The notes below the pieces were generated by a model. That model did not search any database and was not told the origin of the DNA. It was given only the letters and a program-made list of their open reading frames with translations. A DNA stretch of 64,000 nucleotides, from NCBI GenBank assembly GCA_964187785.1, contig OZ076409.1, positions 43,836,001-43,900,000 on the forward strand. Direction: 5' to 3'. The stretch is from Amphiscolops sp. MND2022 (Eukaryota). The first letter of the stretch is position 1. Each line of letters starts with the position of its first letter. Shown here piece after piece: positions 1-8,782 of this stretch. Both the position numbers and the translations under genes were made by a program.

Positions 1-1320
1 CTCAGGTACTATGTAAAATCCATTACACATTGGATTTTGTCTGAAAATGTTTGTGGTTTTATTACCTATGTTAGAATATTCTCTTTTATTATTACATTCG
101 AAATCACCATAGATCCTGAAATATAGTGGGATCTTATGAAAGTGCTTCTTCCACATTAAATGACTATCCTTGCTAACTCTGATAGCTGTGATATCTTGTT
201 GCTTACATCTTTCAGTATGTTTCACCAAAACGTTTTCATTTGTAAAGCAACTTAGACATCGACGACAAACAAATTTTGAATCCCTTTTTCCTAAGAATAT
301 ATGAAGTTTTTTAATGAGGGCATAGTGATTTTTATATATCACCAAATCAATCACTGTTTCTGAATTGTTCTCACTAACCTCAATAGGAATCAATTTATGT
401 TTCCACTTTTCCCCCTCTTGATAGAACTGTAACTCAAATATATTAATAGCTAGATTATTCATCTTTTCAAATTTAGAAACATCTGATGTTTTAAAAGGGA
501 ATTCCAATCCATCTGTTTTCAATTCTCTAAAATATTCTCGATAGTTTGAAACTCTATTAGGGTGAGAATTCTCACAAGGATGAAGGTGAGCTAAGATGCT
601 CCATAGAAAACAGTACTTATCATTATTTTCAATGTTTAAAATAGCAGCGCTTCTAAGAGGTATTTTAACATAACTGCTACCATTCAGTTCAACAGTTTTA
701 TAAAAGTATATAGTCATCGATGCAATTTTACAGAATCTCCAACCACTATCTTTCATCTCCAGATTTTCAATCAATGCATTTGTTTTTCCTTCTAGATCAT
801 ACTTTTCAATATCATTCCAAGTTAAACTCTGATTGACCTCCAAACTAACATACTGTTCTAACTCATCTCGAGTCTCCTTATCGAAAATAACTGAGAAGAC
901 AACTTGATATTTGAATTTATATTGCTCAATTAACCTAGCATATATTGCTGACATTTCTTTGAAGATATTATTCAGATCGAGCAATTCAATAGGGAGATCA
1001 TATTTAGGTTTGACAGTTATCTTACTATTTAAGTGTTTGGGGTGGTGTTGATCAAGATTAACATCATATTGAGGTTCATATCTTTTAGAGAAGTAGTATG
1101 GATTTATCATATGTTTTGCCAACTCTTTTTCTGAGAGATTGACTTTAGCTCTCGCTAATTGTTTTAGTGTTGGGACCGATCGCGCCCTTCGTTGTATAGG
1201 GTCTCCCGGTACAACGCCAATATTGTGTAAATGAATTTTAGATTTCTCATGTCTCGAGAAAGATGCTGTGTGAATGTGTTTATCACACACTTCACAATAT
1301 TTGGTATTCGTTGTGTTCAT
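1..1320 (-). CDS. Protein-primed DNA polymerase B, N-terminal part (continues past left edge)
   Basis: Manually translated open frame from ATG at 1320: N-terminal CxxC..H..H finger, GSSYVKIP...NIENNDKYCFLWSILAHLHP, VCRRCL, and Exo I-like IYGDFEC. Colinear with PolB of element B. Absent from the ORF track because it has no stop in the window. Confidence 0.92.
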   Translation of the reverse strand, partial: MNTTNTKYCEVCDKHIHTASFSRHEKSKIHLHNIGVVPGDPIQRRARSVPTLKQLARAKVNLSEKELAKHMINPYYFSKRYEPQYDVNLDQHHPKHLNSKITVKPKYDLPIELLDLNNIFKEMSAIYARLIEQYKFKYQVVFSVIFDKETRDELEQYVSLEVNQSLTWNDIEKYDLEGKTNALIENLEMKDSGWRFCKIASMTIYFYKTVELNGSSYVKIPLRSAAILNIENNDKYCFLWSILAHLHPCENSHPNRVSNYREYFRELKTDGLEFPFKTSDVSKFEKMNNLAINIFELQFYQEGEKWKHKLIPIEVSENNSETVIDLVIYKNHYALIKKLHIFLGKRDSKFVCRRCLSCFTNENVLVKHTERCKQQDITAIRVSKDSHLMWKKHFHKIPLYFRIYGDFECNNKREYSNIGNKTTNIFRQNPMCNGFYIVPE

Positions 1321-1352
1321 TTACTATATAAATTTTTATTCAATTGTTTTTT

Positions 1353-1658
1353 CTATTTTTCTATTTTTATAATAATTTCTATATTTCTCCGATTCCGTTT
1401 TGGGGGGATAGGTCGAGCTCGAGGTTGTTGTTGTTCTTCCACTACTGGTAGAACTCTAGGTTCTTGTTGTTCTTCCACTGCTGGTAGAACTCTAGGTTCT
1501 TGTTGTTCTTCCACTGCTAGTAGAACTCTGGGTTTTTGTGGGATTACACCTACATTTTTCTGTAAATGAATTTTAGACTTCAGATGCTTTGCAAACGATG
1601 ATGTGTGAACTTGTTTATCACAAGCTTCACAATATTTCCTATGATATGTTTCATCCAT
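1353..1658 (-). CDS. Small C2H2-type zinc-finger protein with 3x12-aa repeat (chimeric duplicate)
   Basis: CEAC..H.....H finger like the PolB N-terminus; 36-bp repeats (PRVLPAVEEQQE); C-terminal tail near-identical to the upstream acidic ORF; TAAATG start. Confidence 0.7.
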   Translation of the reverse strand: MDETYHRKYCEACDKQVHTSSFAKHLKSKIHLQKNVGVIPQKPRVLLAVEEQQEPRVLPAVEEQQEPRVLPVVEEQQQPRARPIPPKRNRRNIEIIIKIEK

Positions 1659-1689
1659 TTACTATAAAAATTTTTATTCAATTGTTTTT

Positions 1690-1863
1690 TCATTTTTCTA
1701 TTTTTATAATAATTTCTATATTTCTCCGCTTCCGTTTTGGGGGGATATAGTCTTCATCTTCGCTCTCCGAATCATCGATAAAGTCTTCATCTGAACTATG
1801 TAGAGATTCATCCTCAGAAACCTCACTTTCAGGATAAATTGTTTCACCTTCACTATCGCTCAT
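1690..1863 (-). CDS. 57-aa acidic protein with NLS-like basic tail
   Basis: MSDSEGETIYPESEVSEDES...PPKRKRRNIEIIIKIEK; homologue in element B at 28104..28301. Confidence 0.75.
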   Translation of the reverse strand: MSDSEGETIYPESEVSEDESLHSSDEDFIDDSESEDEDYIPPKRKRRNIEIIIKIEK

Positions 1864-2387
1864 TTATAAACAAGAAAACTTCTTTCCTCACAAAGAGCTG
1901 TTCCCCCTTCATATATCTTAAAGTAGTTGCTATCAAGTCATAATAGTTAATGTTTTCATAATACCTAGCCGAGACCAACCACTTCATCATCCTAAGTGCA
2001 TCTCCAGCTTTGTGAATTCCTTCAGATGCAGCGAAGACATTTTTTTTCGAAATCATCAGGCATGTCATCAAACTTGTTTAGGATTTCTTCTAAGATATTT
2101 AGTCTCTTCTTTTTAAGATATGTCAGGACAGCTGCGAGAACGTCTATATCATTGGTTTGAACTAATGAATTAACTTCCATACAAACACCAATTATTTTCG
2201 GAGTTGCATATGTTAATCTCCCTTTAAAATTGATATTCTTTTTTCTTTGAACTTTTGTCAATTGATTTTTAGTTTTTATAACATTGAATTCACATACATA
2301 ACAAGTGAATTCATACTCGTATTCTAGTAGAGCATTTCTATTACATCTCCTACACATGGTAGGATTTAAAAATTCTTCTTCATCCAT
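1853..2387 (-). CDS. CxxC/CxxC zinc-ribbon protein, split by a one-base frameshift in an A8 run
   Basis: ORFs 2022..2387 and 1853..2071 are joined in one frame in the element B homologue (28288..28611). Confidence 0.75.
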
Positions 2388-2585
2388 TTATTTCGTTACA
2401 ATATGAAGAGATCCGTCATCTAATTCAATTATATTTGATTTTTTATCTAATTTAACACCATTCATAACTTCATATTTAGATTTCAATGACTTGGGAGGAG
2501 ATGTTTCTCTCAGAATTTTACCATCATTGATAATGTACTTTGGATTATTAACTTCAGTGTAAAATTTATTATTTATGTACTTCAT
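2388..2585 (-). CDS. 65-aa hypothetical protein conserved in both Mavericks
   Basis: TAAATG start, stop abuts the next ATG; decayed homologue at ~28835..29030. Confidence 0.7.
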   Translation of the reverse strand: MKYINNKFYTEVNNPKYIINDGKILRETSPPKSLKSKYEVMNGVKLDKKSNIIELDDGSLHIVTK

Positions 2586-2676
2586 TTATTATATATTATT
2601 TATTTAAAATAAATTTTCAATTTTTTAATTACAGATTCGTTTTCATCTAATGTTTTTATATTGATGAATTGATGAA

Positions 2677-3901
2677 TTATAAAAGATCAAAGTGTCTTTG
2701 TCCGTCACTACTAATACTTATTAACTTGGGTGTTAGTACAAGGGCATAAGCTACATAATCTGCTACACCAAAAGCAGCACTAAATTTAAATTCTAATCTA
2801 ATAGGATGCTATAGGTGGTTTTTGCTTAGATAGGTCAAATACATAAAAATTGTAACTCGTTCGGAATTTGTGCAAACTGATAAACGGATTGAGTAGATTA
2901 GATTCAGAATGTAAGTTATAGAAGTTTTCGATTTCATAATAAGCTTGATCGTATTTGTCGCGGTCGTAGTCACATTCTATTCCATCATCGGGATATTTTT
3001 CTGATCCTATTTTACAAACTGCATTACTAACCGAAAGTCGATCGAATGTTGAGTTGTTATGTGTTTGTGAATCAATTTTATTTCTAGCTTGAAATCCAAC
3101 TATCACGTATGTTGGTGTCGATTCTCCACTGTTGCCTAATTCAAATGTCCAATTATTATTGGTGTTAACATCTTTTCTAAAGACAGTTCGTTCTATATAA
3201 TACAACTCGGTTGGGTCTTTATCTAATATTTGATTAAGGACAAGCTGCTGGTTTTCCATACTGGGTACATAGTGTGGAATGTGCCAAGCAATATCTTTTA
3301 TATCTATTTTTGCAGCATCTACACCGTTGTCCCTGATGATAGGGTCGTTATTATTATTACGTTTTAATGTCAGAGAATAACCCAATCCGTAAGTTATTTT
3401 TTCTTGATCAGCAAATCCAAACAAGTCTTTTAGTTTTATTCTAACAAAAAAGGTTCCTTTTTCTGTTTTGTGGTTTGTTAATTCTAATCGCCTGGTGTTT
3501 TCTGATTCTTCAAATCCGTACATCAATTGACTTGTTTGTTGGTTGCTAGTCAAAAGCTTGTACATTAAACATACTGGGTGTAGGTTATCAACTTTCTCAA
3601 GATGCTTTCCTGATGATGTCACAAGTTTAGCTTCACTAAATAAAGCAACAGGCCCAAAGTTGACCAAGCTTATTTGGTCGTTGTCTACGTAGCGTGTGTT
3701 ATCGTTTTTAAGAACTTCAAATTCTAGACTAATGTATGAGTTTTGTAAACAAATATAAGCATCTTCTCTTGGGAAAATGATGGAAATATTTGAATTATTG
3801 TTGTTGATTGTAGCTAAACTACTAGGCGAGTATTTAATAAAATCAATTTTATGAATTGGATTATCGAGAACATATTTATTTTTCAAAGAAAATAATTCCA
3901 T
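2677..3901 (-). CDS. Double-jelly-roll major capsid protein (PY); frameshift near 2806
   Basis: Polinton MCP-like motifs (LFSEAKL...LEKVD, PTYVIVGFQ, FYVFDLSKQ). The tail PIRLEFKF...ISSDGQRHFDLL* lies in another frame ending at 2677 and matches the element B MCP end. Confidence 0.85.
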
Positions 3902-3959
3902 TTATATACAAAAAATCATGATTTAAAATTTATACTGATATTGTTTTTACTAAATAATG

Positions 3960-4496
3960 TTAGCCTAAAAAAGTAAACTCAGAATTTAGTTTAGTTTTGT
4001 TCGTTTTGTAAGTATCATAAGATTGTTTTAGTTTGTTATATTCATTCAGATCGATTTTATTGTCTTCTAAACATTTTGAATGTAGTTTACAGAAATCATG
4101 TAGTGTTCTACCAGCAAGGGTATATTTCTTAAGATTGTGTTGTTCTTTTCTTTTCAGGTACTCACCAAGAAGCTTACTGATTAAACATAAACCTGCACCA
4201 ATACCACTAGCAACGGGGACAACAACCAGTCCAACTCCAGTAATGCTGAGAGTGACACATGTTGATGATACAGCTAGTATTGAAACACCATCAACAGATT
4301 GTATTAAACAATTTATGAGCTTGTATTGTTTACTTTTCTTTTTATACTTTTTGGCTTCATGATTATAAAAATTTTTAATATCTTTTATATTTTGAATTGA
4401 ATTATTGAAACTATTTATTTCTTTCAATCGTAGGTTTAGGTGTTGCTCTAAACTATCTACTTGTGGTTGCAAACTGGGGTATAATTTTTCATTCAT
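3960..4496 (-). CDS. Membrane protein with Gly/Ala-rich hydrophobic hairpin
   Basis: Central ~45-aa hydrophobic stretch (LSITGVGLVVVPVASGIGAGL) between coiled/basic helices; homologue in element B at 31240..31983. Confidence 0.75.
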   Translation of the reverse strand: MNEKLYPSLQPQVDSLEQHLNLRLKEINSFNNSIQNIKDIKNFYNHEAKKYKKKSKQYKLINCLIQSVDGVSILAVSSTCVTLSITGVGLVVVPVASGIGAGLCLISKLLGEYLKRKEQHNLKKYTLAGRTLHDFCKLHSKCLEDNKIDLNEYNKLKQSYDTYKTNKTKLNSEFTFLG

Positions 4497-4500
4497 TTAT

Positions 4501-5190
4501 TTAGTCAAAAAGTATGAAATTGATTTCACTCGTGGTTAGTTTCATTCTATATTTAAGGTCAACTATATCTTTGTATTCATCTTTTTTTAAACACTTCACA
4601 ATATCTTTTCTCGTTGAATAGTCCAAGTCTGATAAATAATACACACCATCTGATGTCTTTATTTCTGTTCCGTATTTTTCAAGCAAGTATTGGTTTGAGA
4701 AGGTCAAATACGACTGGAATATTTGGTCCTTATTTTCAAATGAGTCAAACAATCCTTTGCTGTACAGTAGTTGTATAACATCCTTGACTGCTTGGTTTTT
4801 GCTTTTTTCCAATTCTGAAATAAGGTTTCTCTCGAAACTATTTCGCAAAATGGTTTGTTGTTCTTCTACCAACTTGGCAGCATCCAAAATTATTTCTTTC
4901 TTCTTTTCTAATAATTTATTTTTAATATCTTGTTCTAAGTATTTCAAATTTATTTTTATATCTTCTATATTTTTGTTTATGTCTACAAACGTTTTTGCAT
5001 TGACTAATACCTTTGTTTCACCGTTGTCAAATATAACTTCTTGTAGGTTATTAAAATTTTCTAAATTATTAGACAAATCATAAAGTTTTAAGTTGAATAA
5101 TTTGGTTTGTGACTCCAATTCTTTTTCAAGATTCTCAATCTTGTCTTTTTGTAGGCTTTCAGCACTATAACCAAACTTATGTAATGACAT
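4501..5190 (-). CDS. Coiled-coil protein, possibly fibre-like (N-terminal HKFG motif)
   Basis: 229-aa ORF. MSLHKFGY resembles MTDKFGR at the start of the element B fibre-like gene. Confidence 0.6.
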   Translation of the reverse strand: MSLHKFGYSAESLQKDKIENLEKELESQTKLFNLKLYDLSNNLENFNNLQEVIFDNGETKVLVNAKTFVDINKNIEDIKINLKYLEQDIKNKLLEKKKEIILDAAKLVEEQQTILRNSFERNLISELEKSKNQAVKDVIQLLYSKGLFDSFENKDQIFQSYLTFSNQYLLEKYGTEIKTSDGVYYLSDLDYSTRKDIVKCLKKDEYKDIVDLKYRMKLTTSEINFILFD

Positions 5191-5210
5191 TCTTATTTAT
5201 TTTAGCATAA

Positions 5211-6062
5211 TTACTCAAACTGATGGAAAATATTCATACTTTCTAACGTTTTGTTATTAGATTCAAAGTTGAATACACTTCTTAAAAGTTCTTGTTCATA
5301 ATATTTTCCTGCTATTTGCTCGTTGTTTTCGTCTTCTAAAGTATAGGTTATGGGGTTAGTTGGATTAATTTTTTGTATTTTAAAAAGTTCTCTATTCCAA
5401 TTTGTTGTATAGCCTTTTGAATAAATGTTCCTTTTATCAGGAACTCTTACATAGTCTCCCACTTGAAATTTGGGTTGTTTCGGTTTATTAACAAAAGTAG
5501 GTGGATCTATTGGTTTATTACTAGCTTCAAACGGTGTCATGCGGGTTGTGGTATGCACACGATTATTATACTTATCCAAAGCACTGTTAATATGATTCAA
5601 CCAACAAGCTTTACCTTCAATATACATCGGTTCTTTGATAAGATCTAATAATGTTCTATTGAAACGTTCAACAAAAACAGCTTTCGAATCTGAGTGAGTT
5701 GAATAAATTTGTATTTCATTTTGTTTAAGAAAATCCAAAAATGTTTTATTATAGAACTCTTTACCTCTATCCGACCACACTTTTTCAGGTTTTCTTTTAC
5801 TAGTTTCTATTAGTTTCTTGAATGCAGTCGTTGTACTTTTTCCTGATTTATCTTTAAGAGGAATCGCCCATGCAAATTTAGTATGATTGTCAATTATTGT
5901 AAAAATAAATTTGTAGTTTTTGTTGTATTTTGCTAAGCTAGATCGGTCTATCAGATCAATACTCCAACACTCATCTTTATAGTGAGTTTGAATTTGGATG
6001 CGGTCAAATTTTTTAACTACAGGAGAGAATATTTCTTTAGCTATTTTTTGTTTCAGGTTCAT
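5211..6062 (-). CDS. Retroviral-like (rve/c-integrase) DDE integrase
   Basis: WSIDLID, WSDRGKEF and VERFNRTL catalytic motifs; FQVGDYVR..KGYTTNW C-terminal domain. Confidence 0.95.
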   Translation of the reverse strand: MNLKQKIAKEIFSPVVKKFDRIQIQTHYKDECWSIDLIDRSSLAKYNKNYKFIFTIIDNHTKFAWAIPLKDKSGKSTTTAFKKLIETSKRKPEKVWSDRGKEFYNKTFLDFLKQNEIQIYSTHSDSKAVFVERFNRTLLDLIKEPMYIEGKACWLNHINSALDKYNNRVHTTTRMTPFEASNKPIDPPTFVNKPKQPKFQVGDYVRVPDKRNIYSKGYTTNWNRELFKIQKINPTNPITYTLEDENNEQIAGKYYEQELLRSVFNFESNNKTLESMNIFHQFE

Positions 6063-6098
6063 TTAATAATTTAGAATGGTTGAAAGTGGTATTTTTAT

Positions 6099-6591
6099 CA
6101 CTAAGTGTTGGGTCTTAGTGACTCTTAGTGACTCTTAGTGATTCTTAGTGTTTCTTATTCACTAAGAGGTGGGTCTTAGTGACTCTTAGTGATTCTTAGT
6201 GTTTCTTATTCACTAAGAGGTGGGTCTTAGTGACTCTTAGTGATTCTTAGTGTTTCTTATTCACTAAGAGGTGGGTCTTAGTGACTCTTAGTGATTCTTA
6301 GTGTTTCTTATTCACTAAGAGGTGGGTCTTAGTGACTCTTAGTGATTCTTAGTGTTTCTTATTCACTAAGAGGTGGGTCTTAGTGACTCTTAGTGATTCT
6401 TAGTGTTTCTTATTCACTAAGAGGTGGGTCTTAGTGACTCTTAGTGATTCTTAGTGTTTCTTATTCACTAAGAGGTGGGTCTTAGTGACTCTTAGTGATG
6501 CTTAGTGTTTCTTATTCACTAAGAGGTGGGTCTTAGTGACTCTTAGTGATTCTTAGTGTTTCTTATTCACTAAGAGGTGGGTCTTAGTGAC
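6099..6591. repeat. 51-bp tandem array (~9.5 copies) built of TCTTAGTG subunits with an internal hairpin
   Basis: Unit CACTAAGAGGTGGGTCTTAGTGACTCTTAGTGATTCTTAGTGTTTCTTATT starts at 6160, 6211 ... 6568. The first copy (6099) has an extra 10-mer. Confidence 0.97.
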
Positions 6592-6639
6592 AAAAAATCG
6601 TCTTAGTGATTCATTTTACAACGGAATTTTACTAAATAA

Positions 6640-7461
6640 ATGAACAGTTTAAATTGTGGTAATAAAAAAATCTGTAAAGGGTGTAATATTTTTAAATCTG
6701 AAGAAGATTTCTATAAATATAAAAATGGTGATGTATATATTAAGTGTATTAGTTGTTTTAATAGGAAGATGAGGTGTGAATTTTGTAACCGTGAATTCAA
6801 TAAAACATATTTGTCAAAGCATATAAAAAACATTCATAAAACTGATACAAATAATACAATTGAGGCTGATGCATTAAATCGAACATTAATAGTTGGTCCT
6901 TCATTTTGTGGTAAGACTTTTTTGTTATTAAACAAATTACAATTAATTCGCTTGGATAACCCAGAACAACAAATAAAAATCATAACTAGATCTCCGGAAC
7001 AATACGAGAACATACAACTAGAAGACGTTTCAGTGGAAGACGATCTAGAATATAGAACAATACAAGATTTTCAAAATTGTTGTGTTGTATTTGATGATAT
7101 GTTAGACTCGAATCAGAAATTAATAGATCCATTTTTTACTAGGGGAAGACATAATGATTTAGATGTTTATTATTTATCACAGTCATATTTCGATTTGCCT
7201 AAACGCACCATACGCAATAATAGTAATATCATAATTTTATTTCAACAAACATTGAAAGATGTAGAAAATATATACAGAGATATTGCAGGTTTTGATATGT
7301 CTTATGATGAATTTAAAAGTTTGTGCAGGGAGGCATGGAAAGAAAAATACAACTATTTATTAATAAACAGGCTAGAAGATAAAAACGGATGTAAGTATAA
7401 ACTGTGCAATGAATCTAATCCAGAGTATAAAATCTTTAATCCACAAACTGATCCTTTTTAG
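6640..7461 (+). CDS. FtsK/HerA (A32-like) DNA packaging ATPase with N-terminal zinc module
   Basis: Walker A GPSFCGKT, Walker B VVFDD, RGRHN motif, LSQSYF..PKRTIRNN. Confidence 0.93.
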   Translation: MNSLNCGNKKICKGCNIFKSEEDFYKYKNGDVYIKCISCFNRKMRCEFCNREFNKTYLSKHIKNIHKTDTNNTIEADALNRTLIVGPSFCGKTFLLLNKLQLIRLDNPEQQIKIITRSPEQYENIQLEDVSVEDDLEYRTIQDFQNCCVVFDDMLDSNQKLIDPFFTRGRHNDLDVYYLSQSYFDLPKRTIRNNSNIIILFQQTLKDVENIYRDIAGFDMSYDEFKSLCREAWKEKYNYLLINRLEDKNGCKYKLCNESNPEYKIFNPQTDPF

Positions 7462-8356
7462 TAAAAGCTGAAACAATGTTTTGATGTTGATTTGTTGTAA
7501 TGCATTGGTATTGTAAAAGTTTATCAGCAATTGCTATGATTTGTTCGCTCAGCATAGGATTATCATTTCCTCCTACTTTTTCTAACACGATTAGTTTAAG
7601 TTGATCTACAAGCTCATCTGGGTCAGATGGGAGGAAGATATACTGATTTAATCCACTTCCCGATTGGGATTGTTGATATGTGTATTGATTAATCAAATGT
7701 TTAATGAAATAATACCTCTTTGATTTTTTATCTCCATAATTAAGATCATATTTCATATCTTTTAAAAAATTATAAATAAGATTCTCGTTTTGTATTTTTT
7801 GATCTATTTGTGCATTAGTTATAAAAGATGAAAGATCCGGATCATTTAAATTATATGTGTTACCATTCTGGAAAGTCATCGTTGAACCTTTGATTTGTAC
7901 TAGTTGAGGATCAGTGTGGTTAATTGTGAAGAAATTTGAACTTCCTAAAACAGGTTCTAAACTAAATTGACTTTTGTTTTTGTCATTGAGAAGGTTGGAA
8001 ACTGTTTTAACAATTGAACTGTCTGCTTGGTTGGAATTAGCATCTTTGATAGATTTTTGTAAATTTTTATTTAAAATATCACTACTGTGTTCTATTGCTC
8101 TTGCCTGATTTTCGATTGCTTGTGTTGTAGTATGAGTAGAATCACGTAGCGCTTGTATTTGCTTTTCAGAAAGTTCTTGTTGTTTAGTTTGGTTTTGTTT
8201 CTGGTTTTCAGTAACGGGTTCAAAAACTTCTTCCATATCGTAATGAAAGTCTTGCTTCCCAAGTTTCTCTTTTAATCTTTCTTTGTGGAGTGAAGATTTT
8301 GTTTTTTGCAATTTTTTTAATTTTTCTAAATCATCACGATTATGTATTGAATACAT
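7436..8356 (-). CDS. Conserved Polinton protein (FLPSDPDELVDQL...GGNDN motif)
   Basis: 306-aa ORF; decayed homologue in element B at ~36480..37330. Confidence 0.75.
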   Translation of the reverse strand: MYSIHNRDDLEKLKKLQKTKSSLHKERLKEKLGKQDFHYDMEEVFEPVTENQKQNQTKQQELSEKQIQALRDSTHTTTQAIENQARAIEHSSDILNKNLQKSIKDANSNQADSSIVKTVSNLLNDKNKSQFSLEPVLGSSNFFTINHTDPQLVQIKGSTMTFQNGNTYNLNDPDLSSFITNAQIDQKIQNENLIYNFLKDMKYDLNYGDKKSKRYYFIKHLINQYTYQQSQSGSGLNQYIFLPSDPDELVDQLKLIVLEKVGGNDNPMLSEQIIAIADKLLQYQCITTNQHQNIVSAFTKKDQFVD

Positions 8357-8371
8357 TTATTAACCATAAAT

Positions 8372-8773
8372 TTAATGAATTTTTCCCAAATATAAGCCTT
8401 TTCCTTGATGAACAAATTTTATAATATCAGGAGCAGTTGCAGCTATCATTCGTGGATTTTTACTTGCTGCTGCGGTACCAATATTAGCTGCGAGTTCTAG
8501 TGCTCTACCAGGATTATTGAGTATTTTCTTTCCAACATTCTTTGCAGCTTTGCCAATATGTTTAAAGAAGTCACCCAATCCATCGGCTGAAATAGTTTGA
8601 TCAGATACTATAAGGGATTTATTTCTTTTACATGTTACACACACACCACGTAGGAGTTTAACTGGCATGCCAGTTTTTTTATTTTGAGAAATATCTCCTC
8701 GAATATTAGTTGTAGCAGAATAGTGTTTACCACCAACACAATAAGACTTAGTTTTAAATTTATTGAAGCTCAT
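8372..8773 (-). CDS. Basic putative core/cement protein (zinc-ribbon plus amphipathic GLGDFFK helix)
   Basis: YCVGGKH...CVTC, GLGDFFKHIGK, GKGLYL; homologue at ~30660..31235. Confidence 0.65.
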   Translation of the reverse strand: MSFNKFKTKSYCVGGKHYSATTNIRGDISQNKKTGMPVKLLRGVCVTCKRNKSLIVSDQTISADGLGDFFKHIGKAAKNVGKKILNNPGRALELAANIGTAAASKNPRMIAATAPDIIKFVHQGKGLYLGKIH

Positions 8774-8782
8774 TTATTTATA

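Noticed and set aside
1231..1569. Plus-strand ORFs antisense to Maverick genes (also 4033..4362, 4757..5083, 8805..9029, 38792..39043)
   Set aside because: Shadow frames of real minus-strand genes or repeats.
6099..6591. CRISPR-like appearance of the 51-bp array
   Set aside because: Units are contiguous and near-identical with no unique spacers; no cas genes.
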